A stretch of 40,863 nt of DNA, from positions 1 to 40,863 of the forward strand of contig SLQD01000017.1 in NCBI GenBank assembly GCA_007131685.1, written 5' to 3'. The translations under genes and the position numbers were made by a program. The notes under the pieces are model-generated. The model searched no databases. It saw nothing but the letters and a program-made list of their open reading frames with translations, and was not told where the DNA came from. This document shows, piece after piece, positions 11,538-20,220 of the stretch (position 1 is the stretch's first letter; each line of letters starts with the position of its first letter). This DNA comes from Paracoccaceae bacterium (GTDB lineage Bacteria > Pseudomonadota > Alphaproteobacteria > Rhodobacterales > Rhodobacteraceae).

Positions 11538-11851
11538 GTCGCCGCGGCCACAGCCGGCACGGTTCCGCGGTTGTTCGCCTTGACTTGTCCACCTCGCGCC
11601 GAAGCGTCGCATTGCTGTCATGATTCTGGTTTCTAACTCAACGGATTGCGGAAGATCACAAAAAAAATTGTGCCAAATCAGCATATTGCGGTTTTTGCTC
11701 AAGAATTGGGCAGTGTGGCGAAGCCTCCATCTGGAAAGGAGAATTTTGCCCTCCCCCGGTCTTGCCCCCAGACTTGTCCACAGGATTCGGGGAGATATCA
11801 CGGCTTGCCTCCCGGTTCGAATCCATGCAGGGGAACCCGATTCCGGAGTGA
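11538..11851. other. Candidate chromosomal replication origin (oriC-like intergenic region)
   Basis: Longest and most AT-rich non-coding gap in the window. DnaA-box-like 9-mers: TTGTCCACA 11774-11782, TTGTCCACC 11585-11593, TTGCCCCCA 11762-11770, TTCGCCACA (minus) 11714-11722. IHF consensus AATCAGCATATTG 11676-11688. Four GANTC sites. Confidence 0.65.
11562..11576 (+). promoter_or_regulatory. Putative alphaproteobacterial LexA (SOS) box
   Basis: GTTC-CGCGGTT-GTTC, exact GTTC-N7-GTTC, upstream of uvrC and next to a TTGACT hexamer (11580-11585). Confidence 0.5.
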
Positions 11852-13741
11852 ATGACGATGCGTGAGATACCGCCCTGCGAGAGCATGCCGGACACCCCCC
11901 GCCCCGGGCCCAGGGTGATCCGCGGCTACCTCGGCACGCTCGACAGCTCGCCCGGCGTCTACCGGATGCTCGATGCCGAGGGGCGGGTGCTCTATGTCGG
12001 CAAGGCGCGCAACCTGCGCGCGCGGGTATCGAACTATGCGCGGCTGACCGGGCATACGCGCCGCATCCAGCGCATGATCGAGCAGACCGCCTCGATGATG
12101 TTCCTCACGACCCGCACCGAGGCCGAGGCGCTGCTGCTCGAGCAGAACCTCATCAAGCAGCTCAAGCCGCATTACAACGTGCTGCTGCGCGACGACAAAT
12201 CCTTCCCCAATATCCTGATCACCGCCGATCATCCCTATCCGCAGATCCGCAAGCATCGCGGGCGCCGCAGCGCGAAGGGCGAGTATTTCGGCCCCTTCGC
12301 ATCGGGCGGCGCGGTCAACCGCACGCTCAACCAGTTACAGAAGGTGTTCCTGCTGCGCAGCTGCTCGGACTCGGTGTTCGAGTCGCGCACCCGGCCCTGC
12401 CTGCTCTACCAGATCAAGCGCTGCGCGGCGCCCTGCGTGGGGTATGTGGAGGAGGCCGAGTATGCCGGGCTCGTTCGCGATGCGAAGCGGTTTCTCGAGG
12501 GGCGCACGACGAAGATCCAGGCGAAGCTCGCCGAGGAGATGCAGGCCGCCTCGGAGGCGATGGAGTTCGAGCGCGCCGCCGCCCTGCGCGACCGAATCCG
12601 CGCGCTCACCGAGGTGCAGGCCACGCAGGGGGTCAATCCGCGCGGTGTGGACGAGGCCGATGTGATCGCCGTGCATCTCGAGGGCGGGCAGGCCTGCGTG
12701 CAGGTCTTCTTCATCCGCGCGCATCAGAGCTGGGGCAACCGGGATTTCTATCCGCGCACCGGGGCGGGCGCCGAGGAGGCCGAGATCCTCGAGGCCTTCA
12801 TGGGCCAGTTCTACGACGGCAAGACCCCGCCGCGGCGCGTGCTGCTCTCGCATCCGATCGAGGAGCCGGAGCTGATGGGCGAGATCCTCGCGCAGCGCGC
12901 CGGGCGCAAGGTCGAGATCGCGGTCCCGAAGCGCGGCGAGAAGGCCGAGCTCGTCGCCGATGCGGCGCGCAATGCGCGCGAGGGCCTCGGGCGCAAGATG
13001 GCCGAGGGGGCGGCGCAGTCGCGGCTGCTGTCGGGCATCGCCGAGGCCTTCGAACTCGACGCGCCGCCGCAGCGCATCGAGGTCTATGACAACTCGCATC
13101 TGCAGGGCACGCATGCCGTGGGCGCGATGATCGTCGCGGGGCCGGAGGGCTATCTCAAGAGCCAGTACCGCAAGTTCACGATCCGCCCCGACAGCCTCGC
13201 CGCGGGCGACGATTTCGCGATGATGAAGCAGGTGCTGCAGCGCCGCTTCGCCCGGCTCGTCAAGGAGGACCCCGACCGCGAGAGCGAGAACTGGCCCGAT
13301 CTTCTGCTCATCGATGGCGGGGCGGGGCAGGTCGCCGCGGTGGCCGAGGTGCTTGCCGAACTCGGCGTGGACGACATCCCCGTGGTCGGCGTGGCCAAGG
13401 GCGTTGATCGCGATGCCGGCAAGGAGGAGTTCCACCGCCCCGGCGCACTCCCCTTCGCGCTGCGGCGGGGCGACCCGGTGCTCTATTTCGTGCAGCGGCT
13501 GCGCGACGAGGCGCACCGCTTCGTGATCGGCGCGCACCGCGCGAAGCGGTCGAAATCCATCGGCGGCACCCCGCTCGACGAGGTCCCCGGCGTCGGCGCG
13601 GCGCGCAAGCGTGCGCTGCTGGCGCATTTCGGCTCCGCCAAGGCCGTCAGCCGCGCCGGGCTCGCCGACCTCAAGGCGGTGGAGGGCATCTCCGAAAGCC
13701 TCGCCCAGACGATCTACGATCACTTCCATGTCAAGGGCTGA
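11852..13741 (+). CDS. uvrC: Excinuclease ABC subunit C
   Basis: GIY-YIG PGVYRM...[44 protein letters not shown]-terminal HhH. Start could be 11852, 11858 or 11885. Confidence 0.98.
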   Translation: MTMREIPPCESMPDTPRPGPRVIRGYLGTLDSSPGVYRMLDAEGRVLYVGKARNLRARVSNYARLTGHTRRIQRMIEQTASMMFLTTRTEAEALLLEQNLIKQLKPHYNVLLRDDKSFPNILITADHPYPQIRKHRGRRSAKGEYFGPFASGGAVNRTLNQLQKVFLLRSCSDSVFESRTRPCLLYQIKRCAAPCVGYVEEAEYAGLVRDAKRFLEGRTTKIQAKLAEEMQAASEAMEFERAAALRDRIRALTEVQATQGVNPRGVDEADVIAVHLEGGQACVQVFFIRAHQSWGNRDFYPRTGAGAEEAEILEAFMGQFYDGKTPPRRVLLSHPIEEPELMGEILAQRAGRKVEIAVPKRGEKAELVADAARNAREGLGRKMAEGAAQSRLLSGIAEAFELDAPPQRIEVYDNSHLQGTHAVGAMIVAGPEGYLKSQYRKFTIRPDSLAAGDDFAMMKQVLQRRFARLVKEDPDRESENWPDLLLIDGGAGQVAAVAEVLAELGVDDIPVVGVAKGVDRDAGKEEFHRPGALPFALRRGDPVLYFVQRLRDEAHRFVIGAHRAKRSKSIGGTPLDEVPGVGAARKRALLAHFGSAKAVSRAGLADLKAVEGISESLAQTIYDHFHVKG

Positions 13742-13743
13742 AG

Positions 13744-13753
13744 CGACGCGGTC
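13744..13753. repeat. Left arm of a 10-bp inverted repeat flanking the metal ABC cassette
   Basis: CGACGCGGTC; its reverse complement lies at 16458-16467. Confidence 0.5.
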
Positions 13754-13762
13754 GGGGTAAAC

Positions 13763-13779
13763 TTGCAAATGATTTGCAA
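13763..13779. promoter_or_regulatory. Fur/Mur-family operator overlapping the ABC transporter promoter
   Basis: Perfect 8-1-8 palindrome TTGCAAAT-G-ATTTGCAA overlapping TTGCAA-N17-TAACTC (13763-13791). Confidence 0.8.
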
Positions 13780-13820
13780 ATGCACTAACTCCGGGTCTGT
13801 TACCGCAACGGAGCGCGTCC

Positions 13821-14723
13821 ATGATTCGTCTTTCAACCCGCCACGCCGCCGCAATCGCCACGCTTTGCGCCGCGCTGCCCGCCGCGGCCGCGGAGCCGCC
13901 AAGGGTGGTCGCGAGCTTCAGCGTACTGGCCGATATGGCGCGCCAGGTTGCGGGCGATCACGCCCGCGTCGAGACCCTCGCCCCAATCGGCGCCGAGGTG
14001 CATGAGCACGAGCTCTCGCCCAGCGATTTCGTGAATATCGAGAGCGCCGACATGATCCTCGTCAACGGCCATGATCTCGAGCAATGGATGGACCAGCTCG
14101 AGACCGCGGCCGCGGACGGGGTGGCTATCATCGCCGTCGCCGAGGAGACGGGCGCCGAGACGCTGCCGACCACCATCGGGGATTTCGAGGGCGAGCCGGA
14201 CCCGCATCTGTGGATGAACCCGCAGATCGCCACCGCCTATGTCGAGGTGATCTCCGGGGCACTTGCCGAGCTCGTGCCGGACGCGGCCGAGCCGCTGCGC
14301 GCCAATGCCGATGCCTACGGGGCGGAGATCTCCCGCGCCGCGGCCGAGGCCGCCGAGCTGCTCGACGCGGTGCCCGAGGCGGAGCGGCTGCTCGTGACTT
14401 CCGAGGCGGCGTTTCTCTACTTCGCCGATGCCTTCGGCTGGCGCCACGAGGGCGTGTGGGGCTCGAATGCCGAGACCGAGGGCGCGCCGAGCCAGATCGC
14501 GCGCGTGGTCGACCTCGTCGCGGCGGAACGCCCGCCTGCGATCTTCTTCGAGAGCACCATATCGGACCGCCATGTCCGCGCCGTCGCCGAGGATACCGGC
14601 GTCGCGGTGCATGGGCCGCTCTATGTCGACTCGCTTGGCGAGGACGGCACCGGCGCGGAAACCTATCCCGGCATGCTGCGCGTGACGGCGCGCACCATCG
14701 CCGAGGCGATGACCGGGGAGTGA
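13821..14723 (+). CDS. Mn/Fe ABC transporter substrate-binding protein (SitA/MntC/PsaA cluster A-I)
   Basis: Signal peptide; ligand motifs EVHEH, DPHLW, TSEAAF, YVDSL (His, His, Glu, Asp set). Confidence 0.92.
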   Translation: MIRLSTRHAAAIATLCAALPAAAAEPPRVVASFSVLADMARQVAGDHARVETLAPIGAEVHEHELSPSDFVNIESADMILVNGHDLEQWMDQLETAAADGVAIIAVAEETGAETLPTTIGDFEGEPDPHLWMNPQIATAYVEVISGALAELVPDAAEPLRANADAYGAEISRAAAEAAELLDAVPEAERLLVTSEAAFLYFADAFGWRHEGVWGSNAETEGAPSQIARVVDLVAAERPPAIFFESTISDRHVRAVAEDTGVAVHGPLYVDSLGEDGTGAETYPGMLRVTARTIAEAMTGE

Positions 14724-14728
14724 GCCGG

Positions 14729-15517
14729 ATGCGCGCCCTCGCCCGCCCCCGGACAGAGGCCGCGATGGCGGTCGAGGGGCGCGGGCTCGCGGCGGGGTAT
14801 GGCAGCCTCTCGGTACTCGCCGACTGCGACATCGAGATTGCGGCGGGGTCGCTCACGGCGCTCGTGGGGCCGAACGGGGCCGGCAAGTCCACCCTGCTGA
14901 AACTCGTCACCGGTGCGCTCGTGCCGTGGCGCGGGACGCTGTCGGTTTTCGGGGGGGCGGTCGCGCAGGCCCGCCGTGCGGGCGAGATCGCCTACATGCC
15001 CCAGCACGAGGCGATCGACTGGGACTATCCGCTGACCGTGCGCGACGTGGTGCGCCTCGGCCGGCTGCCCGCGATCCGCGCGCGCGGCGGCTGGCGCGCG
15101 TGGCTGCCGATGAGCGTGCAGCCCGGTGCCGATACCGAGGCGGCTCTGGGCGCGCTCGACGCGGTCGGCCTCGCCGGCCTCGCGCACCGGCCCATCGGCG
15201 CGCTCTCGGGCGGGCAGAAGAAGCGCGCGCTGCTGGCGCGCGCGCTGGTGCAGGGGGCGCGGCTGATGCTGCTGGACGAACCGCTCGCCGGGGTCGATCG
15301 CGACAGCGAGGCGGTGATCCGTCGCCTGCTCATCGAGGCGCGTGCGGCCGGACGCACCGTGGTGATGGTCACCCATGATCTCGACGGCACGCGCGGTTTT
15401 GCCGACCGGGTGCTGCTTATCCGCGGCCGGGTGGTCGCCGCCGGCACGCCCGAAGAGGTGCTCGGCGTCACGCCGCCAGACCCGGTCGCGGCCGCGCTCG
15501 CGCGCACGGGGGGCTGA
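14729..15517 (+). CDS. Mn/Fe ABC transporter ATP-binding protein (SitB-like)
   Basis: GPNGAGKST Walker A, YMPQ, LSGGQKKR, LLDEP, VTHDL. Start 14729 or 14765. Confidence 0.92.
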   Translation: MRALARPRTEAAMAVEGRGLAAGYGSLSVLADCDIEIAAGSLTALVGPNGAGKSTLLKLVTGALVPWRGTLSVFGGAVAQARRAGEIAYMPQHEAIDWDYPLTVRDVVRLGRLPAIRARGGWRAWLPMSVQPGADTEAALGALDAVGLAGLAHRPIGALSGGQKKRALLARALVQGARLMLLDEPLAGVDRDSEAVIRRLLIEARAAGRTVVMVTHDLDGTRGFADRVLLIRGRVVAAGTPEEVLGVTPPDPVAAALARTGG

Positions 15518-15518
15518 G

Positions 15519-16457
15519 ATGGCGGAGCTTGCAGCGCTCATGGCGCAGGGGGCGCAGGGCGGCCGTGCCGTGATCGATGCGCTGATCGCGCTGCTGATGC
15601 TGCCGGTGGCGCTCCTGCCGGGCGACGGGGCGGCGATGTTCCAGTACGGGTTCATGCGCCGCGCGCTCCTGTCCTCGGTCATGGTGGGCGGGGTCTGCGG
15701 GCTCCTTTCGAGCTTCGTGGTGCTCAAGCGCTGGTCGCTCCTGGGCGACACGATCTCGCATGCGGTGCTGCCTGGCGTCGCGGTGGCGTATCTGTTGAAC
15801 CTGCCCTTCGTCATCGGCGCCTTCGTGTCGGGGGCGCTCGCGTCGCTGGCGGTGGGGTTCATCGAGCGCACCACCCGGGTGAAGGAGGACGCGGCGATGG
15901 GCATCCTGCTCAGCGGCGGATTCGCGCTCGGCCTCGTCATCATCGGCCAGATCGCGAGCGCCACGCATCTGACGCATATCCTGTTCGGCAACGTGCTCGG
16001 CGTGGGTTATGACAGCCTGCTGACGACGCTGATCGCCGCGATCGTCGCGATCGCCTTCGTGGCGCGTTTCGTCAAGGAACTCACCCTCTACACCTTCGAT
16101 CCGGTCCAGGCCGCGACCATCGGCCTCGACACCGGCACGCTGCATTATGCGCTGATGCTGGTGCTCACCCTGACGATCGTGGTCAGCCTTGACACGGTGG
16201 GCATCGTGCTGGTGGTGGCGATGCTGGTGACGCCGGGCGCCACGGCCTATCTGCTGTGCGATCGGCTCGGGCCGATGATGGCGGTCTCGACGGGGGTGGG
16301 CGTGGCCTCGGCGGTGCTGGGACTGGTGCTGTCCTACCGGCTCGACGCGGCATCGGGGGGCACGATGGTGCTGGTGGCGACGGCGTTCTTCTTGCTCGCG
16401 CTGATCCTGGCGCCCGAGCGCGGGCTGATCGCGCGGATGCGCCGGCACGCGGGCTGA
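15519..16457 (+). CDS. Mn/Fe ABC transporter permease (SitC/MntB-like, ABC-3)
   Basis: LLGDTISHAVLPGVA, KEDAAMG, ILFGNVLG, FDPVQA, VGIVLVVAMLVTPGATA. Start uncertain (15519 to about 15570). Confidence 0.92.
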   Translation: MAELAALMAQGAQGGRAVIDALIALLMLPVALLPGDGAAMFQYGFMRRALLSSVMVGGVCGLLSSFVVLKRWSLLGDTISHAVLPGVAVAYLLNLPFVIGAFVSGALASLAVGFIERTTRVKEDAAMGILLSGGFALGLVIIGQIASATHLTHILFGNVLGVGYDSLLTTLIAAIVAIAFVARFVKELTLYTFDPVQAATIGLDTGTLHYALMLVLTLTIVVSLDTVGIVLVVAMLVTPGATAYLLCDRLGPMMAVSTGVGVASAVLGLVLSYRLDAASGGTMVLVATAFFLLALILAPERGLIARMRRHAG

Positions 16458-16467
16458 GACCGCGTCG
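16458..16467. repeat. Right arm of the 10-bp inverted repeat flanking the metal ABC cassette
   Basis: GACCGCGTCG immediately after the permease stop codon. Confidence 0.5.
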
Positions 16468-16530
16468 ATACGTCGCCGCCGGCGCGGAAAACGGTTTCCC
16501 CGCTGCCGCGTGGTGGTCTAAGACGATCCC

Positions 16531-17196
16531 ATGCGCTGGACCGTTCCCAATATCCTGACCACGCTGCGGCTGCTCGCAGCACCCGGTGTGGCGGTGATGT
16601 TCCTGTATTTTCACCGCCCCTGGGCGGACTGGCTGGCGCTGACGCTGTTCGTGGGCGCGGCGGTGACGGACTGGTTCGACGGCTATCTCGCAAGGCTCTG
16701 GAAACAGGAATCGAAACTCGGCGCAATGCTCGATCCGATCGCGGACAAGGCGATGGTGGTGATCGCGCTGCTGGTCATCACCGGGTATTCGGGGATGGAT
16801 CCCTGGCTGATCCTGCCGGCCACGGTGATCCTGTTTCGCGAGGTGTTCGTCTCGGGGCTGCGCGAGTATCTGGGCGACAAGTCGGGGCTGCTGCAGGTCA
16901 CCCGGCTTGCCAAGCTCAAGACCACGGCCCAGATGATCGCCATCGCGGTGCTGTTTCTGGCCACGGGGCTCGAATATGTCCGCCAGCGCGCCGAGGCGCG
17001 GCTGAGCGAGGGCGAATACCAGGCGCTGATGGAGTCGCCGGAGTGGTCGATGGGCTGGGCGGCGACGAATGGCGGCGAACTCGCCTGGCTGGCGGGGCTC
17101 GTGTTGATCTGGCTCGCCGCGGCGCTCACGCTGATCACGGGCTGGGACTATTTCGCCAAAGCCCGGCCGTTCCTGAACGACGAGGAGGGCAGATGA
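16531..17196 (+). CDS. pgsA: CDP-diacylglycerol--glycerol-3-phosphate 3-phosphatidyltransferase
   Basis: PNILTTLR, TDWFDGYLAR...GAMLDPIADK CDP-alcohol phosphotransferase motif, REVFVSGLRE. Confidence 0.96.
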   Translation: MRWTVPNILTTLRLLAAPGVAVMFLYFHRPWADWLALTLFVGAAVTDWFDGYLARLWKQESKLGAMLDPIADKAMVVIALLVITGYSGMDPWLILPATVILFREVFVSGLREYLGDKSGLLQVTRLAKLKTTAQMIAIAVLFLATGLEYVRQRAEARLSEGEYQALMESPEWSMGWAATNGGELAWLAGLVLIWLAAALTLITGWDYFAKARPFLNDEEGR

Positions 17197-17444
17197 CGCT
17201 GGATCTGGTGTATTTCGCCTGGGTGCGCGAGCGCATCGGCGTCGCCGGGGAGCGCGTCGATACCGGGGCGCAGACCGTGGCGGAACTGGTCGCCGAACTG
17301 AGCGCGCGCGAGGCGCGCTACGCTGCCGCGTTCGCGGATCTCTCCGCGCTGCGCTGCGCCGTCGACCAGGAACTCGCCGATTTCGACGCGCCGCTCGCCG
17401 GGGCGCGCGAGGTGGCGTTCTTTCCGCCCATGACGGGGGGCTGA
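17193..17444 (+). CDS. moaD: Molybdopterin synthase sulfur carrier subunit
   Basis: YFAWVRERIG...EVAFFPPMTGG C-terminal Gly-Gly; ATGA overlap with pgsA. Confidence 0.95.
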   Translation: MTLDLVYFAWVRERIGVAGERVDTGAQTVAELVAELSAREARYAAAFADLSALRCAVDQELADFDAPLAGAREVAFFPPMTGG

Positions 17445-17447
17445 GCG

Positions 17448-17888
17448 ATGGATGTCCGCGTGCAGGAGTCGGGTTTCGATTTCGGCGCCGAGGCCGCGGC
17501 CTTCGCGGCCGGGCGCCGGGATGCGGGCGCCGTCGTGACCTTCACGGGGATCGTGCGCGACGATGGCGGCGATCTGCGCGAGATGCTCATCGAGCATTAC
17601 CCGGGCATGACCGAGCGCGCCATCACCGCCATCGCAGGCGAGGCCGCCACGCGTTGGGCGCTCGACGGCGTGCTGGTGATTCACCGCCACGGCCGCATGA
17701 CGCCGGGCGAGATGATCATGATGGTCGCCACCGCCGCGCGCCACCGCGCCGATGCTTTCGCGGCGGCCGAATTCCTGATGGATTACCTCAAGTCCCGCGC
17801 GCCGTTCTGGAAGAAGGAGATCACCGCGCACGGCGCCGCCTGGGTCGCGGCGACCGTTTCCGATGAGGCCGCACTCGGGCGCTGGTGA
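17448..17888 (+). CDS. moaE: Molybdopterin synthase catalytic subunit
   Basis: GAVVTFTGIVR, EHYPGMT, HRHG, MDYLKSRAPFWKKE. Confidence 0.96.
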   Translation: MDVRVQESGFDFGAEAAAFAAGRRDAGAVVTFTGIVRDDGGDLREMLIEHYPGMTERAITAIAGEAATRWALDGVLVIHRHGRMTPGEMIMMVATAARHRADAFAAAEFLMDYLKSRAPFWKKEITAHGAAWVAATVSDEAALGRW

Positions 17889-18215
17889 TCAGCCCGCGCC
17901 GCTCTCCTCGAGCCTGCGGCGCATGTAGTCGGCGTCCTGGCGCGCCGCGCGCAGCCCCTCCATCGCCGCGTTGAGCTCTGCCTCGGCCTGGGTGAGCTTG
18001 CCCTGAAGCTCCGCCTCGCGCTGGCGCAGCTGCCAGATCGCGGCGTCGCGCGTCTCCTCGGCCTCGTGCAGCGCCTGCGCCATGCGGTCGAGCTCGCTCA
18101 TGTCGGAATGCGTCACCCGGGTGAAGCGGTTGAGCAGCCAGTATGACGCCCAGCCGAGCGCGAAAGCGACGAACAGCACGATCGTGGTGACGAGGATGAA
18201 TTCACTGCGGTCCAT
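17889..18215 (-). CDS. Hypothetical membrane-anchored coiled-coil protein
   Basis: MDRSEFILVTTIVLFVAFALGWASYWLL TM followed by a heptad-like helix; ATG 13 bp after the OmpA gene stop, GGAG upstream. Confidence 0.8.
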   Translation of the reverse strand: MDRSEFILVTTIVLFVAFALGWASYWLLNRFTRVTHSDMSELDRMAQALHEAEETRDAAIWQLRQREAELQGKLTQAEAELNAAMEGLRAARQDADYMRRRLEESGAG

Positions 18216-18228
18216 GCGCGTTCTCCGC

Positions 18229-20151
18229 TCAACTGTCGCCCGGGCGCGGACTGGGGCGCACCGTGTCGTCATCCGGCACCCGGCTTTCGAACTGGATCGT
18301 CGCCTCGAGCTCCGGATCGCGTTCGCGCGGCTCGAGCTCGGCGATGCTGCGAAACTCGATGCGCCGATTCGCGGCGCGGCCTGCCTCGGTCGAATTGTCG
18401 GCGATCGGGCGGCTCTCGCCATAACCCTCCGCGGTGAGCCCCGACACCAGCACCCGGCGATCCATCAGCGCGGCGATCACGGCCTCGGCGCGGGCCTGGC
18501 TCAGCCGCTGATTGGCGCCCGCGCTGCCGGAGCTGTCCGTGTGGCCGCCCACTTCGAGCTCGAGCCGCCCGCAGTCGCGCATCGCGGAGGCGACCCGGTC
18601 GAGCGTCTCCTCGCCCTCTTGCGACAGTTCCGTCGCGCCGGATTCGAAGCCGATCTGCTGCTCTTCGAGGATCTCGTCGATCGCCGCGAGGCAGGTGTCG
18701 GGTGACGGGTCGCTGCCCGCGGGGATCAGCGCGGCGTCGTGGTCGATATCGATGGCGAATTCGGCATCGCGGCCGAGCTTGTCGACGAAGAGGCGCGCCA
18801 CGACCCCGCTCGAATCGGGGTTCGCCGTCACGCCCTCGAGCGTGATCGATTCGGGGCTGACCCGCACCTCGCCCTCGTGCAGCTCGGCGAGCGCCTCGAG
18901 CCCGGCGAGGACGCGCATTGACCAGCCCTCGGGCAGCTCGGGCGCGACCCGGGCGGCGTTGTAGACAGCCTCCATGCCGAAGCGCGCGCGCGCATAGCTC
19001 TCGGTGACGTCGCGCAGGCTCTCATCCGGAAGATGGCCGCGCAGCTCGACCTCGCCGTCCTGCGACAGCGTGGCGCGGAATTCGTGGCGCACGCGCTCGG
19101 TGCCGTCGTCATCCGTCTCGGGCTCCTCGCGCCGCGCATCGAGCGAGAAGACATCGGGCAGATCCGTTTCGAGCTCGCCCATGACGCGCTCGAAATCCGA
19201 CTGCGCGACGCGCGCCTCGGCGACGAGGGAGACATCCGTGTCGGTGATCGTCACCCGCCCGGCGCCGAGTTCGGCAAGCGCGTTGATGGCGGTCTCGCCG
19301 GCCGCGCCCCAGCTCGCGCTCGGGGTGCCGATGCCGATGGTGCAGCGGGCATGATCGGGCGCGCCGGCCGCGATGGCGGCGGCGAGGATGCGCGCCTGCG
19401 CGGCCTCGGTGTCGGCGGCACAGGCATCGAAGCGCGCGCCCTCGCCATCCATGACGAAGCGCAGGGTGAACGGGGTGATCACCGGGCGCGGCGCGGCGAT
19501 GTCGAGGGTCAGTTCGACATCGCGCGGCGCATCGCGGCGCAGCCGCCGCTCGAGCTCCTGGCGATTCTCGCGGTCGTCTGCGAGCGCGGTGATTGTGACC
19601 GCATCGGCCGCGATCGACACCCGCGAGCGCGGCAGCGTCTCGAGCGCGCCCAGCCCGAAACGCACCGCGCTCTCCCAGCCCTCCGGGGCCGGGTGATCGG
19701 CGGTCTCGAGCATGTCGGCGACGCCGCCGTCATCGGACAACCCCTCCATCCGCGCCACCAGCGCATCGCGCTCATGCTCCGCCGGGATCAGCCCGATGAG
19801 CGACACGCCCTCGGCGTTGCGCAGAAGCTCGATGGAAAACCGCGGCGGCGCGATCCCGTCGGGGTCGGTGACCTCCATCGCGTCGATCACCCGCGCCGCC
19901 TCGACGATATCGCCCGCGATCGAGAGGGCCTGGAAGCGCTCGGCCTCGCTCTCGGCGGTGCCCGTCAGCGTCACGCGCAGCCCGTCCGCCTCGATGGCGA
20001 CCCAATCATGCCCCGCCGCCTCGAGCGCGCCGGCGATCTCGGCCTCGGTGCGTTTCTCGATATGGGTCGCCGCCCCCGTGGCGGTGAGCCAGGACAGCCC
20101 GGCTGCGGCGGCGAAGGCGGCGGTCGCGATGGCGGTGTGCGTGTGGCGCAT
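18229..20151 (-). CDS. OmpA-family protein with N-terminal BON-like repeats
   Basis: N-terminal anchor; repeated 'VTLTG/ITLEG/VELRG' BON-like units; C-terminal GGHTDSSGS...NQRLSQARA...GYGESRPIADN...NRRIEF peptidoglycan-binding domain. Confidence 0.9.
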   Translation of the reverse strand: MRHTHTAIATAAFAAAAGLSWLTATGAATHIEKRTEAEIAGALEAAGHDWVAIEADGLRVTLTGTAESEAERFQALSIAGDIVEAARVIDAMEVTDPDGIAPPRFSIELLRNAEGVSLIGLIPAEHERDALVARMEGLSDDGGVADMLETADHPAPEGWESAVRFGLGALETLPRSRVSIAADAVTITALADDRENRQELERRLRRDAPRDVELTLDIAAPRPVITPFTLRFVMDGEGARFDACAADTEAAQARILAAAIAAGAPDHARCTIGIGTPSASWGAAGETAINALAELGAGRVTITDTDVSLVAEARVAQSDFERVMGELETDLPDVFSLDARREEPETDDDGTERVRHEFRATLSQDGEVELRGHLPDESLRDVTESYARARFGMEAVYNAARVAPELPEGWSMRVLAGLEALAELHEGEVRVSPESITLEGVTANPDSSGVVARLFVDKLGRDAEFAIDIDHDAALIPAGSDPSPDTCLAAIDEILEEQQIGFESGATELSQEGEETLDRVASAMRDCGRLELEVGGHTDSSGSAGANQRLSQARAEAVIAALMDRRVLVSGLTAEGYGESRPIADNSTEAGRAANRRIEFRSIAELEPRERDPELEATIQFESRVPDDDTVRPSPRPGDS

Positions 20152-20220
20152 AAGGTCTGCGGGTGGCCCCCAAGGCTTCGTGTGCGGCGCGTGTTTACGC
20201 CCCGGCCGCGATGCGCGCAA

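Noticed and set aside
11811-11828. GGTTCGAATCC resembling a tRNA T-arm or att remnant
   Set aside because: Only two base pairs flank the loop; no acceptor or anticodon arm can be built and no integrase is nearby.
11538-11851. CtrA box (TTAA-N7-TTAA) in the candidate origin
   Set aside because: No TTAA half-sites seen; only a lone CTAAC, which is insufficient.
11620-11895. Short ORFs (69-81 aa) across the SDR-uvrC gap
   Set aside because: Atypical codon usage, no SD, no motifs; the region is better explained as cis-acting DNA.
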